Of a stretch of DNA of 64,000 bases, positions 18,137 to 27,957 are shown piece by piece (position 1 is the first letter of the stretch; each line of letters opens with the position of its first letter). The translations under genes were made by a program, and so were the position numbers. The notes below the pieces were generated by a model, which had not been told where the DNA came from, ran no database searches, and saw only the letters and a list, made by a program, of their open reading frames with translations. Source of the stretch: a virus (taxonomy: Duplodnaviria > Caudoviricetes); IMG/VR virus record IMGVR_UViG_3300012979_000034, positions 1 to 64,000 of that record; one strand, 5' to 3'.

Positions 18137-19120
18137 TTATAGTTTATCGAATATACTTGGATCAGCTCTCTTCACTCCAGATGGTTTATGTTTTTTCTTC
18201 TTTGGTTTATCTTTTTTAATACCATAAGCCATATCTAAGTTTTTAACCCCAAAGTCTATATTATTTACACTGTTATAATTTATAGCCTTCTGAATCAATT
18301 CCCTATATTCTGGCCAAAACTGCTGACCAAACTTTACTCCCTTAGTCTTATCCATGAATTTAGATACCATAAAACCAAAAGTATCTGCATCATCTTTATC
18401 CTTGAATACATAGATATAAAACTTATTCATCTCACTTATTATGTATTCTGAAGGTTTAACTGGTACTAATAGATAACCATCTTCATATAACTCTTCTGAA
18501 ATCAAGCATATCCACCATTTCTCTAATTTCCTATGACCAACCTTATATTTAAATTTTTCTATAATCTTATCATGTACCCACTCAGGTATTTTGTCCAGTA
18601 GATATTTTATATATATCTTATCCTTTTTATTAGACCTTCTCTTATATGCTGAAGGTTGTTGTAACATCCTTGGTAGAATTCTAAAATTATTCCACCTATC
18701 AAATTCCATAATTAAAGCCAGAGTATCCTTATCCCAAGGATTATCTGAAGACCTTAGATATTTTATATTCCTTTCTATCACCTGGGTTCTGCGATTGACC
18801 AAGAGATTAGTTGAATCTCCAGATTGTTTAGAAGCTTCTACCCTAGTTAATCTTTTCTCTATAACACCTTCTATGTAATCAATGAAACAACCTTCACATG
18901 GACAATCTGGTCTAAATATAGCTTCATGGATATTATAAAAGTCACTAAACATTCTAAAAAATTTCTCAGCTCTTTCCCTAATCTCTATATATTTATAATG
19001 AGCTATTTTTAATATACCACCAGCTTCCCAAGTTGACTTACCTCCAGATAGCTGTAAATAAAGGCTATTCCTTTCTAACTGACTTAAACATTCCCAAGCT
19101 TTTTGTTGTGCTCTATCCAT
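18137..19120 (-). CDS. protein with N-terminal sigma70 region-4-like HTH (327 aa)
   Basis: LSQLERNSLYLQLSGGKSTWEAGGILKI...IRERAEK resembles the region 4 HTH. Confidence 0.6.
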   Translation of the reverse strand: MDRAQQKAWECLSQLERNSLYLQLSGGKSTWEAGGILKIAHYKYIEIRERAEKFFRMFSDFYNIHEAIFRPDCPCEGCFIDYIEGVIEKRLTRVEASKQSGDSTNLLVNRRTQVIERNIKYLRSSDNPWDKDTLALIMEFDRWNNFRILPRMLQQPSAYKRRSNKKDKIYIKYLLDKIPEWVHDKIIEKFKYKVGHRKLEKWWICLISEELYEDGYLLVPVKPSEYIISEMNKFYIYVFKDKDDADTFGFMVSKFMDKTKGVKFGQQFWPEYRELIQKAINYNSVNNIDFGVKNLDMAYGIKKDKPKKKKHKPSGVKRADPSIFDKL

Positions 19121-19122
19121 AA

Positions 19123-19833
19123 CTAATATTGTCTAAAATCTAACACTTTATTGATAGACTCTTCTGTTATCTTAGATTCATCATATTCTTTACGATTTAC
19201 TAAAAGATCATCTGGGTCATAATTCTGATATACACTATATATAACGCTATCAAATGGTAAACTTATCTCCATTTTACCATTTTCTGGAAATAAGAGTAGT
19301 TTTACTTTTTTCGTAGTATGATTAACCTCTAATATATTAGCATCTATACCATCATAGGGATAACCTTTCAAAACTAAGTAATCACCAACTCTCAGATTAA
19401 TCAAATTATCAACAGAAAATCTTTTATTTTCTCTAGACAACCTCTGGAATCTTCTTACTTCTTCCTTTGTTGCAGTTGCTACAATTGAAAAATCATCAAA
19501 GATATCCATATTATCAATCCTTAGCTTTTTCTTCTTAGGATGTAAAGACTCTGGAGACTTTACCCATCCTCTAATACCGTCTATATCCCTTTTCATTTTA
19601 TTCATAAAATCCCTATTAAAAGCTAATTCAGTAGGGATTTTAATAAAACCATAGTTAAACAACAACGGTACTTTCTTATATACATCTTTACTCCTTGAAG
19701 TTTTAGTGAGAATCTTTACGATAGGTATAATAGCTTTACATCTAGTATAACCCTTTTCAATAAGTTCTGATTTTATATTTTCATAAAACTTATTTTCTAA
19801 GTAACATATACAATATACATAAGGTGTTTTCAT
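19123..19833 (-). CDS. nusG: NusG/RfaH/UpxY-family transcription elongation factor
   Basis: NGN-like PLLFNYGFIKI...IDGIRGWV and KOW-like LRVGDYLVLKGYPYDGIDANILEV. Confidence 0.8.
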   Translation of the reverse strand: MKTPYVYCICYLENKFYENIKSELIEKGYTRCKAIIPIVKILTKTSRSKDVYKKVPLLFNYGFIKIPTELAFNRDFMNKMKRDIDGIRGWVKSPESLHPKKKKLRIDNMDIFDDFSIVATATKEEVRRFQRLSRENKRFSVDNLINLRVGDYLVLKGYPYDGIDANILEVNHTTKKVKLLLFPENGKMEISLPFDSVIYSVYQNYDPDDLLVNRKEYDESKITEESINKVLDFRQY

Positions 19834-20348
19834 TGTCTTAGAAGTTTCTTAGCTTCTTTATGTACTAATTTATAACTTACTACTGATTTTACTTTACTAG
19901 CCATGAATATAAAAACATTATGATTACCAAACTTTAAAGTCATGTGAGTTTGGTTTAAAAGAGGTTTAAAGGCTAATAACATATCAGACTGAATAACAAA
20001 GAAAAACTCTTTCTTAGGCATAGAGTTATACCTCATACATAAAATAGGTATCTTATCAGTTCTTTTAGCATCTCTACAAGCTTGTTCCCAAAATTTAACT
20101 ATATCACAACCTTTATTCTCAAGAAGAACATGCTCAAAGCGTATGTCTTTATAGGATTTACATTCTATTGACAGTTTACATCTATGAGCATGTCTAGTAT
20201 CAGTGCAAGTAATATCTGCACCAGCATCTTTATTTCCCCACCATGATCCTGAACCAGCTCTATTTCTTTCAAATTTATAACCAGTCCATTCAGTTAACCA
20301 AGCAGCTACTGCCCGTTCCCAACGATTACCTTTATTCTTAGAATTCAT
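19830..20348 (-). CDS. Holliday junction resolvase (Hjc-like PD-(D/E)XK)
   Basis: SKNKGNRWER...GADI...IECK motif. Confidence 0.8.
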   Translation of the reverse strand: MNSKNKGNRWERAVAAWLTEWTGYKFERNRAGSGSWWGNKDAGADITCTDTRHAHRCKLSIECKSYKDIRFEHVLLENKGCDIVKFWEQACRDAKRTDKIPILCMRYNSMPKKEFFFVIQSDMLLAFKPLLNQTHMTLKFGNHNVFIFMASKVKSVVSYKLVHKEAKKLLRQ

Positions 20349-20395
20349 GTCTAGTACTTTTAATCTATTGTCTTGTATTTTTAATTTACAATAGA

Positions 20396-22108
20396 TTATA
20401 GTACCCTATAGTAACTTAACCCATCCACTTTGTCTACTTGAAGTATTTTAGTATTTGGTAATGGTAAAGATGTATGGTGTGTGATTAAGAATAAGGCTTT
20501 GTTTTCGAAAATATACCTTATTAAGGATATAACGATTTCTATATTATCTTGACTTAAGGATTCGAATACTTCATCTAAGAAAGCTATATTAATACCTCTA
20601 GAAGCTGTTAAAGCCTCATTCATAGCAAATGCCATAGCTAAGTTAACTAACTGTTTTTCTCCACCTGATAACTCATCATATTCTATTATATACTTACCTC
20701 TTTCAATTAAAGTACAAAATTCTTTTCTAGTTGATGATAAATCTATCTCGAAGGCTATCCTAAAACCAAGTATATTAGAATAGCTTTCCAATATCTTATT
20801 CAATATATCTAATGAGGAATCAAATAGATATGCTTTTATACCGTTATTTCCTAATGGATCATCAATTACCCATTGATAGTTCTTTAATTCTAATTCCTTA
20901 TTATGATAATCCTCATCAACTTTACGTAACCTAGATCTAATCTGAGCTATATTTTCTTTATACTTTGGAGATAGGACCTTTAATTTTTCTTCTTTTAGCT
21001 TTAAAAGATCGCTATCAATAGAGGCTATATCATCTGATAAATCATTTGCCTGCTTTACATAATCTTGATAGTTACGATTTATCTCCTCTAACCTTGATAA
21101 ACTATCACTAGTTTTAGTGATTTGCTCATGTATATCTCTAGACCTAATAAAAGAATCCTTTAAGGTTTTCAAAGACTTTTTTGCTTTTACATATTGTTTA
21201 TTTTTTAACATCATGTATACTTCGTCGATAAACGACTCTATTGGTATATTACCAATGCTCTTTGCTTTATTATAAGCCTCTTTTAGTTTGATTAAGCTAT
21301 CCTTCTTCCTTTTAAGTTTCAATTCAAACTGTATCTCAAAATCATCACTTAAATGTTTTTTTACCTCTATTAGCCGTTTAGTAAATTTACTCCTTGTTTC
21401 TTTTAACTCTTTTCTTTCCTGTCTAATTTGCTCTGAAAAGGAAGCTTCTCTTTCTTTTAACTCTTTATAGGTAGCGATGTTTTGCTCCAGAGATTCTTTT
21501 AAAACAGCAGATTCTCTTTCTACTTCATTAATCTTACTAATTAAGTTATTTTTATCCTCTAAAGCAATACCTTTAGCTATGTTTAGGTAATTTAAATCAA
21601 AAACCTCTTCAAAAAGCTTCTTCTTATCACTATTTGGTTCCTGTATTAGCCTCTTTATACCCTGACCAAACATGATAGAATTCATAAAAAGGTTATAAGA
21701 TAAACCTATCACTTGATTTATCTTATCTTGTATAGCTAACTTACCTTTAATGTCTAAGATATCAGCATCTTTCATCAGAAGTACTCTGTCATTACCCTTA
21801 GCACCATCATCTATAGTATCTTTATATTTTTGACAACGTACTACTTTATATGTATGATTATCAACTGAAAAATATACTTCTACTAATACACCTTTATAAT
21901 CTTTTGGTTGTATATCCTTCCAGGTAACTACATCAGAAACCCCTTTTAGACTTTTTCCATACAATCCCCATACTAAAGCAGAAAATATACTGGTTTTACC
22001 TTTACCATTAGAGGCTTTAATTAAGATTATACCCTTATTATTCAAAGGTAACTCTAAATCTGATATTGAACAAAAACCTTTGGCGTGTAATTTTAAAAGT
22101 GTTAACAT
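20396..22108 (-). CDS. sbcC: SbcC/Rad50/gp46-like ATPase
   Basis: NGKGKTS Walker A, coiled coil, LSGGE signature, FLDE Walker B. Confidence 0.9.
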   Translation of the reverse strand: MLTLLKLHAKGFCSISDLELPLNNKGIILIKASNGKGKTSIFSALVWGLYGKSLKGVSDVVTWKDIQPKDYKGVLVEVYFSVDNHTYKVVRCQKYKDTIDDGAKGNDRVLLMKDADILDIKGKLAIQDKINQVIGLSYNLFMNSIMFGQGIKRLIQEPNSDKKKLFEEVFDLNYLNIAKGIALEDKNNLISKINEVERESAVLKESLEQNIATYKELKEREASFSEQIRQERKELKETRSKFTKRLIEVKKHLSDDFEIQFELKLKRKKDSLIKLKEAYNKAKSIGNIPIESFIDEVYMMLKNKQYVKAKKSLKTLKDSFIRSRDIHEQITKTSDSLSRLEEINRNYQDYVKQANDLSDDIASIDSDLLKLKEEKLKVLSPKYKENIAQIRSRLRKVDEDYHNKELELKNYQWVIDDPLGNNGIKAYLFDSSLDILNKILESYSNILGFRIAFEIDLSSTRKEFCTLIERGKYIIEYDELSGGEKQLVNLAMAFAMNEALTASRGINIAFLDEVFESLSQDNIEIVISLIRYIFENKALFLITHHTSLPLPNTKILQVDKVDGLSYYRVL

Positions 22109-23094
22109 GTTTCAGCTTTATTTAGTAAACTTATTAATAAGTTTTTCTTGTCTTTATCTTTCATACCAATTTTCTTCATATAGCGTCTTGCTAGAGTTCT
22201 TTTAGAAAGTTGTTTAGTAATATTATGTTCATTTGTATTACTAATACTAGCTTTCTTAGGTAATACCGTATAATAATTACCATCCTCTATTATATCACTC
22301 TCATTTTCTACATCAATGAATTTAGGGAAATCCTTTAAGGGTAAAAATTTCATATCTAGGTTATCATATAATAACCATACCCCTAATTCACAATCTCTAT
22401 CTGTTCTCCTTTGTTGTAATGGAGCACCTATCATATAAACCTTTTTAGATAACCTTTGGGGTTTATGTATATGACCACATAATACTAAATCGAACCTATT
22501 TAAAATATTCAAATTTAGGTTTTCAACTGAATCTATAACCCTACCATCAGTATCCTTAGCTCCCGGGTAATCAGTATGTAACATTAAAATATGTTTATAA
22601 TCAGGGTCTAATTCCAATTTAGACAAATATTCATTTAAACCTATATTATGGTCTATGTAAGGTACTCCATGAATAACTACTGAAGATTCTGTTAACTTAA
22701 AACTTACATTATCTATATTATATACCCATCTATACCTATTTGATAAGTATGTAATTAAGCTATATTTAGGGTTATTTATTGTATTTACCTCTTTTAATTC
22801 ATGATTACCAGATATAGCTAATAATTCAAAGCTATTACCATCATAAAAATTAGCTTCATCGTCATACTTAGCAAATTCATTATCCATAAGATGAAGTAAT
22901 TCAATACTTATACCATCAGGCTTATGAAAGAAATCACCACAAAACAGAGAAATACAATGATGTTTATTACATAAATCTCTAACGAACGAAAGGACCCTAA
23001 AATGGTTCAAGGTCCTTTCGTTATTCTTATTAAACTTAGCCCAGATGTTTAAATGTAAATCAGAAAAAACAACAGCTAATACTTTTTTACTCAT
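22102..23094 (-). CDS. sbcD: SbcD/Mre11/gp47-like metallophosphoesterase nuclease
   Basis: SDLH, GDFF, GNHE, GHIH motifs; adjacent to SbcC. Confidence 0.9.
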   Translation of the reverse strand: MSKKVLAVVFSDLHLNIWAKFNKNNERTLNHFRVLSFVRDLCNKHHCISLFCGDFFHKPDGISIELLHLMDNEFAKYDDEANFYDGNSFELLAISGNHELKEVNTINNPKYSLITYLSNRYRWVYNIDNVSFKLTESSVVIHGVPYIDHNIGLNEYLSKLELDPDYKHILMLHTDYPGAKDTDGRVIDSVENLNLNILNRFDLVLCGHIHKPQRLSKKVYMIGAPLQQRRTDRDCELGVWLLYDNLDMKFLPLKDFPKFIDVENESDIIEDGNYYTVLPKKASISNTNEHNITKQLSKRTLARRYMKKIGMKDKDKKNLLISLLNKAETC

Positions 23095-23789
23095 AGTTTT
23101 AATTGATACTTTAGAATCAACTCCCTTTCATTTAAACCAAGAGAAGAAATGGTTAATACATCAGTATGACCATATATATTCTCTATAAAACCGTATTCTA
23201 CACTGTCTGTTAATTCAACAAATCTATATAAACCCTTTGGAATACGTTCATAACTACCAACACGTTGATAACCCATAATACCAAGAGCAACCTTCATAAT
23301 ACCTGATATCTCAGCTTGAAAATAGTTGTTAGTTATCCTTTTATGATTATCTTCAGTAAGCCATTGATCTATATAACCTGGTTTAAAATCAAACATTACT
23401 AACAAATCACATTGTTGAACCAGTATCATAGAGCATAATCTAGAGAATTGGTCTAATTCACATGAAGGTTGTTTACCTGCTTGCTTATAAATAAAATAGG
23501 TCAAACTATCAAGGTAACTACGGTCAGAAACAAATATTGGATGTTCTCTGAACAATTTACGTCTTAGATCCAATATCTGATAATCCTCTAAATATTGGGT
23601 TTTAGAATCCCTATCTAACATATCTCTGTGAGAAAGCTCTTTTGTAGAGGGTATTAAATCTGATACAGAACCAGATATAAATTCATAACCCAATGCCTGA
23701 TACTCATCGGCTAACCATTTAGCTATGGTAGTTTTACCAATACCAGATGGACCGGCCATCATAATTCTTTGATACTTAAGGTTTTTCAT
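23091..23789 (-). CDS. P-loop nucleoside monophosphate kinase-like protein
   Basis: GPSGIGKTT and DRSYLD motifs. Confidence 0.7.
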   Translation of the reverse strand: MKNLKYQRIMMAGPSGIGKTTIAKWLADEYQALGYEFISGSVSDLIPSTKELSHRDMLDRDSKTQYLEDYQILDLRRKLFREHPIFVSDRSYLDSLTYFIYKQAGKQPSCELDQFSRLCSMILVQQCDLLVMFDFKPGYIDQWLTEDNHKRITNNYFQAEISGIMKVALGIMGYQRVGSYERIPKGLYRFVELTDSVEYGFIENIYGHTDVLTISSLGLNERELILKYQLKL

Positions 23790-24700
23790 TTTAATAATTC
23801 TTTAAAAGGTTTCATAAATTCATTAGTCATAAAAGATGAAAATGAGTATGAGATACAGATATTCTTGAAACGTTTTTCCTGTATTACCTTTTTCTTATAT
23901 GAATGTATGATATCATTAACTCTAGAATTTGGGTGATTCTTAACAAACCATTTCAAATCTATTAGTTGTTGATTTACTTTCCAAGCTCTTTCTATCTTTT
24001 TATAATCTTTTAAATCCTTATTTTCTAAAGCTTTTTCTATAGAACCGTACTCATCAAGGAATTTTCTAACCTTTACAGGACCATAACCTCTTACACCAGG
24101 GATATCATCAGAATTATCCCCAACTAGTGATAAATAATCAACAGTTTCATAAGATTCATATCCAAATAACTCTCTACAGTTATCAACCCTTACCATAGAT
24201 TCTTTTCTTGGATTAAATATCTTAAGCTTATCGCTTAACAACTGATTAAAGTCTTTATCACTTGAAATTAAGATATATTTATAATCCTTATTATCTTTTG
24301 TAGTTAAATAAAGGTATGCTAGAAAATCATCTCCTTCATAATTAGATATTTTATATTTATCAAAGATATAAGTAATTCTTAGCATCCTTAAAATTGCCAT
24401 TATTTGCTTTTTCTGAGCTTGTAAAGACTCATAATCTACTGATATATTTTTTCGATGAATCTTATAGGTTGGTAAAAGCTTTTCTCGGTATTTAGAATGG
24501 CCATTATCAAAGGATATTACTACTTTATACGGTTCAAACCTAGTTAAATACATGTGTAAGGATTTAAAAAACCCAAATATAGCTCCAGAAGGTTTACCAT
24601 CAGTAGAATGTAGATTCTCAAATTTATGGAAAGACTGGTGAAGTATATTTTCTCCATCTATTAATAGGATTAGCTTAGATTTAGATGATGCTTTCATCAT
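23786..24700 (-). CDS. 5'-3' exonuclease (FEN/RNase H-like)
   Basis: IDG, YEGDD, SSDKD, LVGDNSDDIPGVRGYG motifs. Confidence 0.9.
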   Translation of the reverse strand: MMKASSKSKLILLIDGENILHQSFHKFENLHSTDGKPSGAIFGFFKSLHMYLTRFEPYKVVISFDNGHSKYREKLLPTYKIHRKNISVDYESLQAQKKQIMAILRMLRITYIFDKYKISNYEGDDFLAYLYLTTKDNKDYKYILISSDKDFNQLLSDKLKIFNPRKESMVRVDNCRELFGYESYETVDYLSLVGDNSDDIPGVRGYGPVKVRKFLDEYGSIEKALENKDLKDYKKIERAWKVNQQLIDLKWFVKNHPNSRVNDIIHSYKKKVIQEKRFKNICISYSFSSFMTNEFMKPFKELLK

Positions 24701-25085
24701 ATTCTGAATACATTAGAAGACTTATATTATGAAAAGCTTTATTATAATCCTTGTTTAAGATAGAGAGTACTATATCTTGGAATATTGGGAAGGATTTTGG
24801 CTCTCTGAATGAGTTTTTAAACTGAAGAACATATTTTGATAAAAGTGTATCTTCTAGGTATATTACTCCATTATATGTATTTGGGTATTTATCCATAGTA
24901 ATAGCCATTTCACATACATGGGCTGATTTCTTTAAATCTGATAAACCATTTTTTCTAAAGAATCTTGAAACATATTTAAAAGCCTCACCCTGAAACCAGT
25001 TTAATTTATACTGGGATATAATGGTTACTGGTTCTATATCTAAATCTTCATAATGTGAACCACCAACTTCTCTTAATTTATTCAT
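24681..25085 (-). CDS. DUF3310/SaV-like protein
   Basis: VGGSHY...IEP...WFQGEAFKYVSR...KNGLSDLKKS; start set at MNKLRE. Confidence 0.75.
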   Translation of the reverse strand: MNKLREVGGSHYEDLDIEPVTIISQYKLNWFQGEAFKYVSRFFRKNGLSDLKKSAHVCEMAITMDKYPNTYNGVIYLEDTLLSKYVLQFKNSFREPKSFPIFQDIVLSILNKDYNKAFHNISLLMYSEYDESII

Positions 25086-26229
25086 TATCATCGTCTTCTT
25101 CCTCCTCTGAATTACTAAATGATTCATACTCTACTCCATCTACTGGGAAAAAATTCTCTTTTAAATTATCCAGTTTTTTACGAGTATTACCTATGGTATT
25201 TATACTAGCTTTACGTAAAAGCTTTCTTCTGAGATCTTCATCTTCTTCTAGAAGTTTCTGAAATTTCTCTTCACCACGACATAGCTGTTTATCTCCAAGT
25301 TTATATACACCACCAGAAGATTTTACTATAATTTCATTTTCTACAAAAACATCCTCTAAACCATAATATCTATCAAAACCAACCTCATGGAAAGTAGGAT
25401 TAAAATATACAGGACATTTTGAAATACTTGGTCTTGGTGGAGCTACCTTATTTTTAATTAATCTAACAGTTACTAATTTACCTGCCCTACGTTCTTTACC
25501 CTTATACTTAACAGTTATTGATTTACCTGAATAAAAAGCAGCTCTTATAGCAGCATAGAATTTCAAAGCAGCTCCTCCAGTAGTTGTAGTATTATCTTTA
25601 CCAAAACCAACATTCAAAGCTGTTCTTAATTGGTTAATATATATCTGAGTAATACCTAGTCTATAGAATAATTCTGAGCGTATACGAAAATATTTATATA
25701 AAGCCTTAGCTCTACCACCCATCTCAGCTTTACCCTCTACCATTTTAGCATCTATATTATCTGCACAATCCATAGCTGCTATAGAATCAACTACCAGTAA
25801 TATGGGTTCATTATGAGTTAATTGGGATCTCAAGTATATAGCTAAATCTGCTACTATATCAGCAACATATTCTATTCTAGTATCATTTACTACAGTTACA
25901 TTACTGGGATCAACACCATTAGTTTCAGCCCAAGAATTCATCCAAGATTGTTCTGCATCAACCCATATAACTTTACCACCAAGCTGTTGACAAGCATAAG
26001 CAAAATTATAAGCTATTAAAGATTTACCTGATGACTCTTCTCCAGCTACTTCTAAGATTTTACCAAATGGGATACCTCCACCAAAAGTATAATTAAGCAT
26101 AAAAAATGTAGAGGGTAACCAAAGCCCAGATTCTTTTGTATCTGAAGCTAATTTTACCATATTACCATACTTTTTAAGTATCTCATTTTTGGTTGGTACT
26201 TTTATACCGATTTTACCGTTCTTTGCCAT
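25078..26229 (-). CDS. recA: RecA/UvsX recombinase
   Basis: GEESSGKS Walker A, VVDSIAA Walker B, INQLR, GGAALKFYA. Confidence 0.93.
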   Translation of the reverse strand: MAKNGKIGIKVPTKNEILKKYGNMVKLASDTKESGLWLPSTFFMLNYTFGGGIPFGKILEVAGEESSGKSLIAYNFAYACQQLGGKVIWVDAEQSWMNSWAETNGVDPSNVTVVNDTRIEYVADIVADLAIYLRSQLTHNEPILLVVDSIAAMDCADNIDAKMVEGKAEMGGRAKALYKYFRIRSELFYRLGITQIYINQLRTALNVGFGKDNTTTTGGAALKFYAAIRAAFYSGKSITVKYKGKERRAGKLVTVRLIKNKVAPPRPSISKCPVYFNPTFHEVGFDRYYGLEDVFVENEIIVKSSGGVYKLGDKQLCRGEEKFQKLLEEDEDLRRKLLRKASINTIGNTRKKLDNLKENFFPVDGVEYESFSNSEEEEDDDNE

Positions 26230-26260
26230 ACTTTTTTTAAATGAAGTTAAAAACTAAAGA

Positions 26261-26288
26261 AGGTGGTAACCCATAAGGAATACCACCT
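26261..26288 (-). terminator. hairpin / probable terminator
   Basis: AGGTGGTA...TACCACCT. Confidence 0.5.
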
Positions 26289-26328
26289 CCTCATCAACAC
26301 ATAAAACTTACAAACAAAAGACAAACTA

Positions 26329-27111
26329 CTAAATATCAGATTTGTATTTTTTCTTCTTTTTCTTTACTGGTTCATCATCACTAGATTTCTTCTTTTTCTT
26401 TACTGGTTCATCAGTATCTTCATCAGCAGGAGTTTCATTGAGGAAAGTATTTAACATATACTGTAATTCATCATAATCCTTGATTTGACTGCGAACTATA
26501 GATTCTAGATCAACATTACCCCTGTATTTTGAATCTAATGAGGATGGTTTACAAGCTCTTGCTGAATATGTAGTATCTAACTTACCAGAACCTGAACGTA
26601 TAATCTTAATATCATAACCATGATCTGGGTCTGTCATATCTCCAGCCTCATCCTCATCTAAATATAAATCTACGATATCTTGGTATACTGACCTTGGTAT
26701 TAAAATACCCTTATCTTTACCGTCATAATCAAAGCTACTGCCTTTATCATCAGTATATACCAGACCACCAATTATATACCTACGACGAGGAACCATTTTC
26801 TTAGCTAATTCCTTATCATCGTCATCTTTAGAGTTCTTTAACTCATTGTACTTTTCCATAAATGGGCAAGGCTCATCAAAAGTAGCTGGAGAAATAATAC
26901 CACCTACATCAGGTATATAGAATTGAACAACCTCCATTCCCAATTCCTGATCATCACCTGGGGATTTCATTCTAACTCTAGTAGTACCTTCTTTTGGATA
27001 TACCAATGAGGACCCTGAACCCTTTTCAGTTAACTTTTTCTTCCTTGCTAACATCTTCTCTCTGGTAGTCATACCATCAGAGGAAATTTTCTTTTCTTTC
27101 TTTACTTTCAT
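26329..27111 (-). CDS. single-stranded DNA-binding protein (gp32-like)
   Basis: CPF, DMTDPDHGYDIKIIRSG..DTTY pattern; lies next to recA. Confidence 0.7.
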   Translation of the reverse strand: MKVKKEKKISSDGMTTREKMLARKKKLTEKGSGSSLVYPKEGTTRVRMKSPGDDQELGMEVVQFYIPDVGGIISPATFDEPCPFMEKYNELKNSKDDDDKELAKKMVPRRRYIIGGLVYTDDKGSSFDYDGKDKGILIPRSVYQDIVDLYLDEDEAGDMTDPDHGYDIKIIRSGSGKLDTTYSARACKPSSLDSKYRGNVDLESIVRSQIKDYDELQYMLNTFLNETPADEDTDEPVKKKKKSSDDEPVKKKKKKYKSDI

Positions 27112-27506
27112 AACTTATTACACTCTGAATAAATAATCTCATTAACGGATAGTACTGTTAACTTATTAGTTTTTAATAAATCATTTAATCCTGATGGTAA
27201 ATCATATTGTAATTCCAATTCTTTACCAGCATACAAACCATAAGTAATAATCATACCAATTTTAGTACAATCTCTAAAACACCTATTTAGTTCATCTATA
27301 TAACCAGATTGAACTACAACGCCCTTTCTTGGTAAATCATCTTTAGCAGTACCAGGAATAATAATACCTGTTGAAGTAGTAGTCTCATTATTTGGAGATA
27401 ATACTACTACCCTATTTTCTGGACATATACCTGTACTACTAAGGGCTTCATTTAACTGATTAGCCACTTCGTAAGATACGAAATTCATTTTTACATTCAT
27501 ATTCAA
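27108..27506 (-). CDS. groES: GroES/Cpn10-like co-chaperonin
   Basis: PENRVVV...TTTSTGIIIPGTAK...RKGVVVQSG. Confidence 0.8.
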   Translation of the reverse strand: MNMNVKMNFVSYEVANQLNEALSSTGICPENRVVVLSPNNETTTSTGIIIPGTAKDDLPRKGVVVQSGYIDELNRCFRDCTKIGMIITYGLYAGKELELQYDLPSGLNDLLKTNKLTVLSVNEIIYSECNKL

Positions 27507-27537
27507 TTAGAATTTTATAGTATATATTAATAGTTCT

Positions 27538-27957
27538 CTATTGTTGTTTCCTGAGAGTGGCACTCAGAGTTCTAAGGATGTTCTCCCTATTCTCATAAAC
27601 TCTGCATATTGAAATAAACATATTAGCTTTAGCTGAAGCTTTTAAATAACGTTTACACAGTGAACAATATTTATTATTAGAATTAGCTAAATGGGATACC
27701 TGTTCATTAGAATACCTCTCATTACTTGATTTATAATAAGTCCATACTTTGCTATAAGCTTCTTCTTTTTCACGTTCAAGAGCATCACGTTTTTTAATAT
27801 AATTATCTCTCAGTTTACAAAGTATATAATAACTAGACGGACTATCTTTCAGCTGAGAATTCAATAAATTTTCATTTATAGATAATTCTTTTGCTAAGTC
27901 TATTGTTAATACCTTACCATCTAGTTTAACCTTAATAACCTTAATCTCGGCTTTCAT
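27538..27957 (-). CDS. UvsY-like recombination mediator (putative)
   Basis: helical 139-aa protein near recA/SSB; resemblance only. Confidence 0.5.
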   Translation of the reverse strand: MKAEIKVIKVKLDGKVLTIDLAKELSINENLLNSQLKDSPSSYYILCKLRDNYIKKRDALEREKEEAYSKVWTYYKSSNERYSNEQVSHLANSNNKYCSLCKRYLKASAKANMFISICRVYENRENILRTLSATLRKQQ

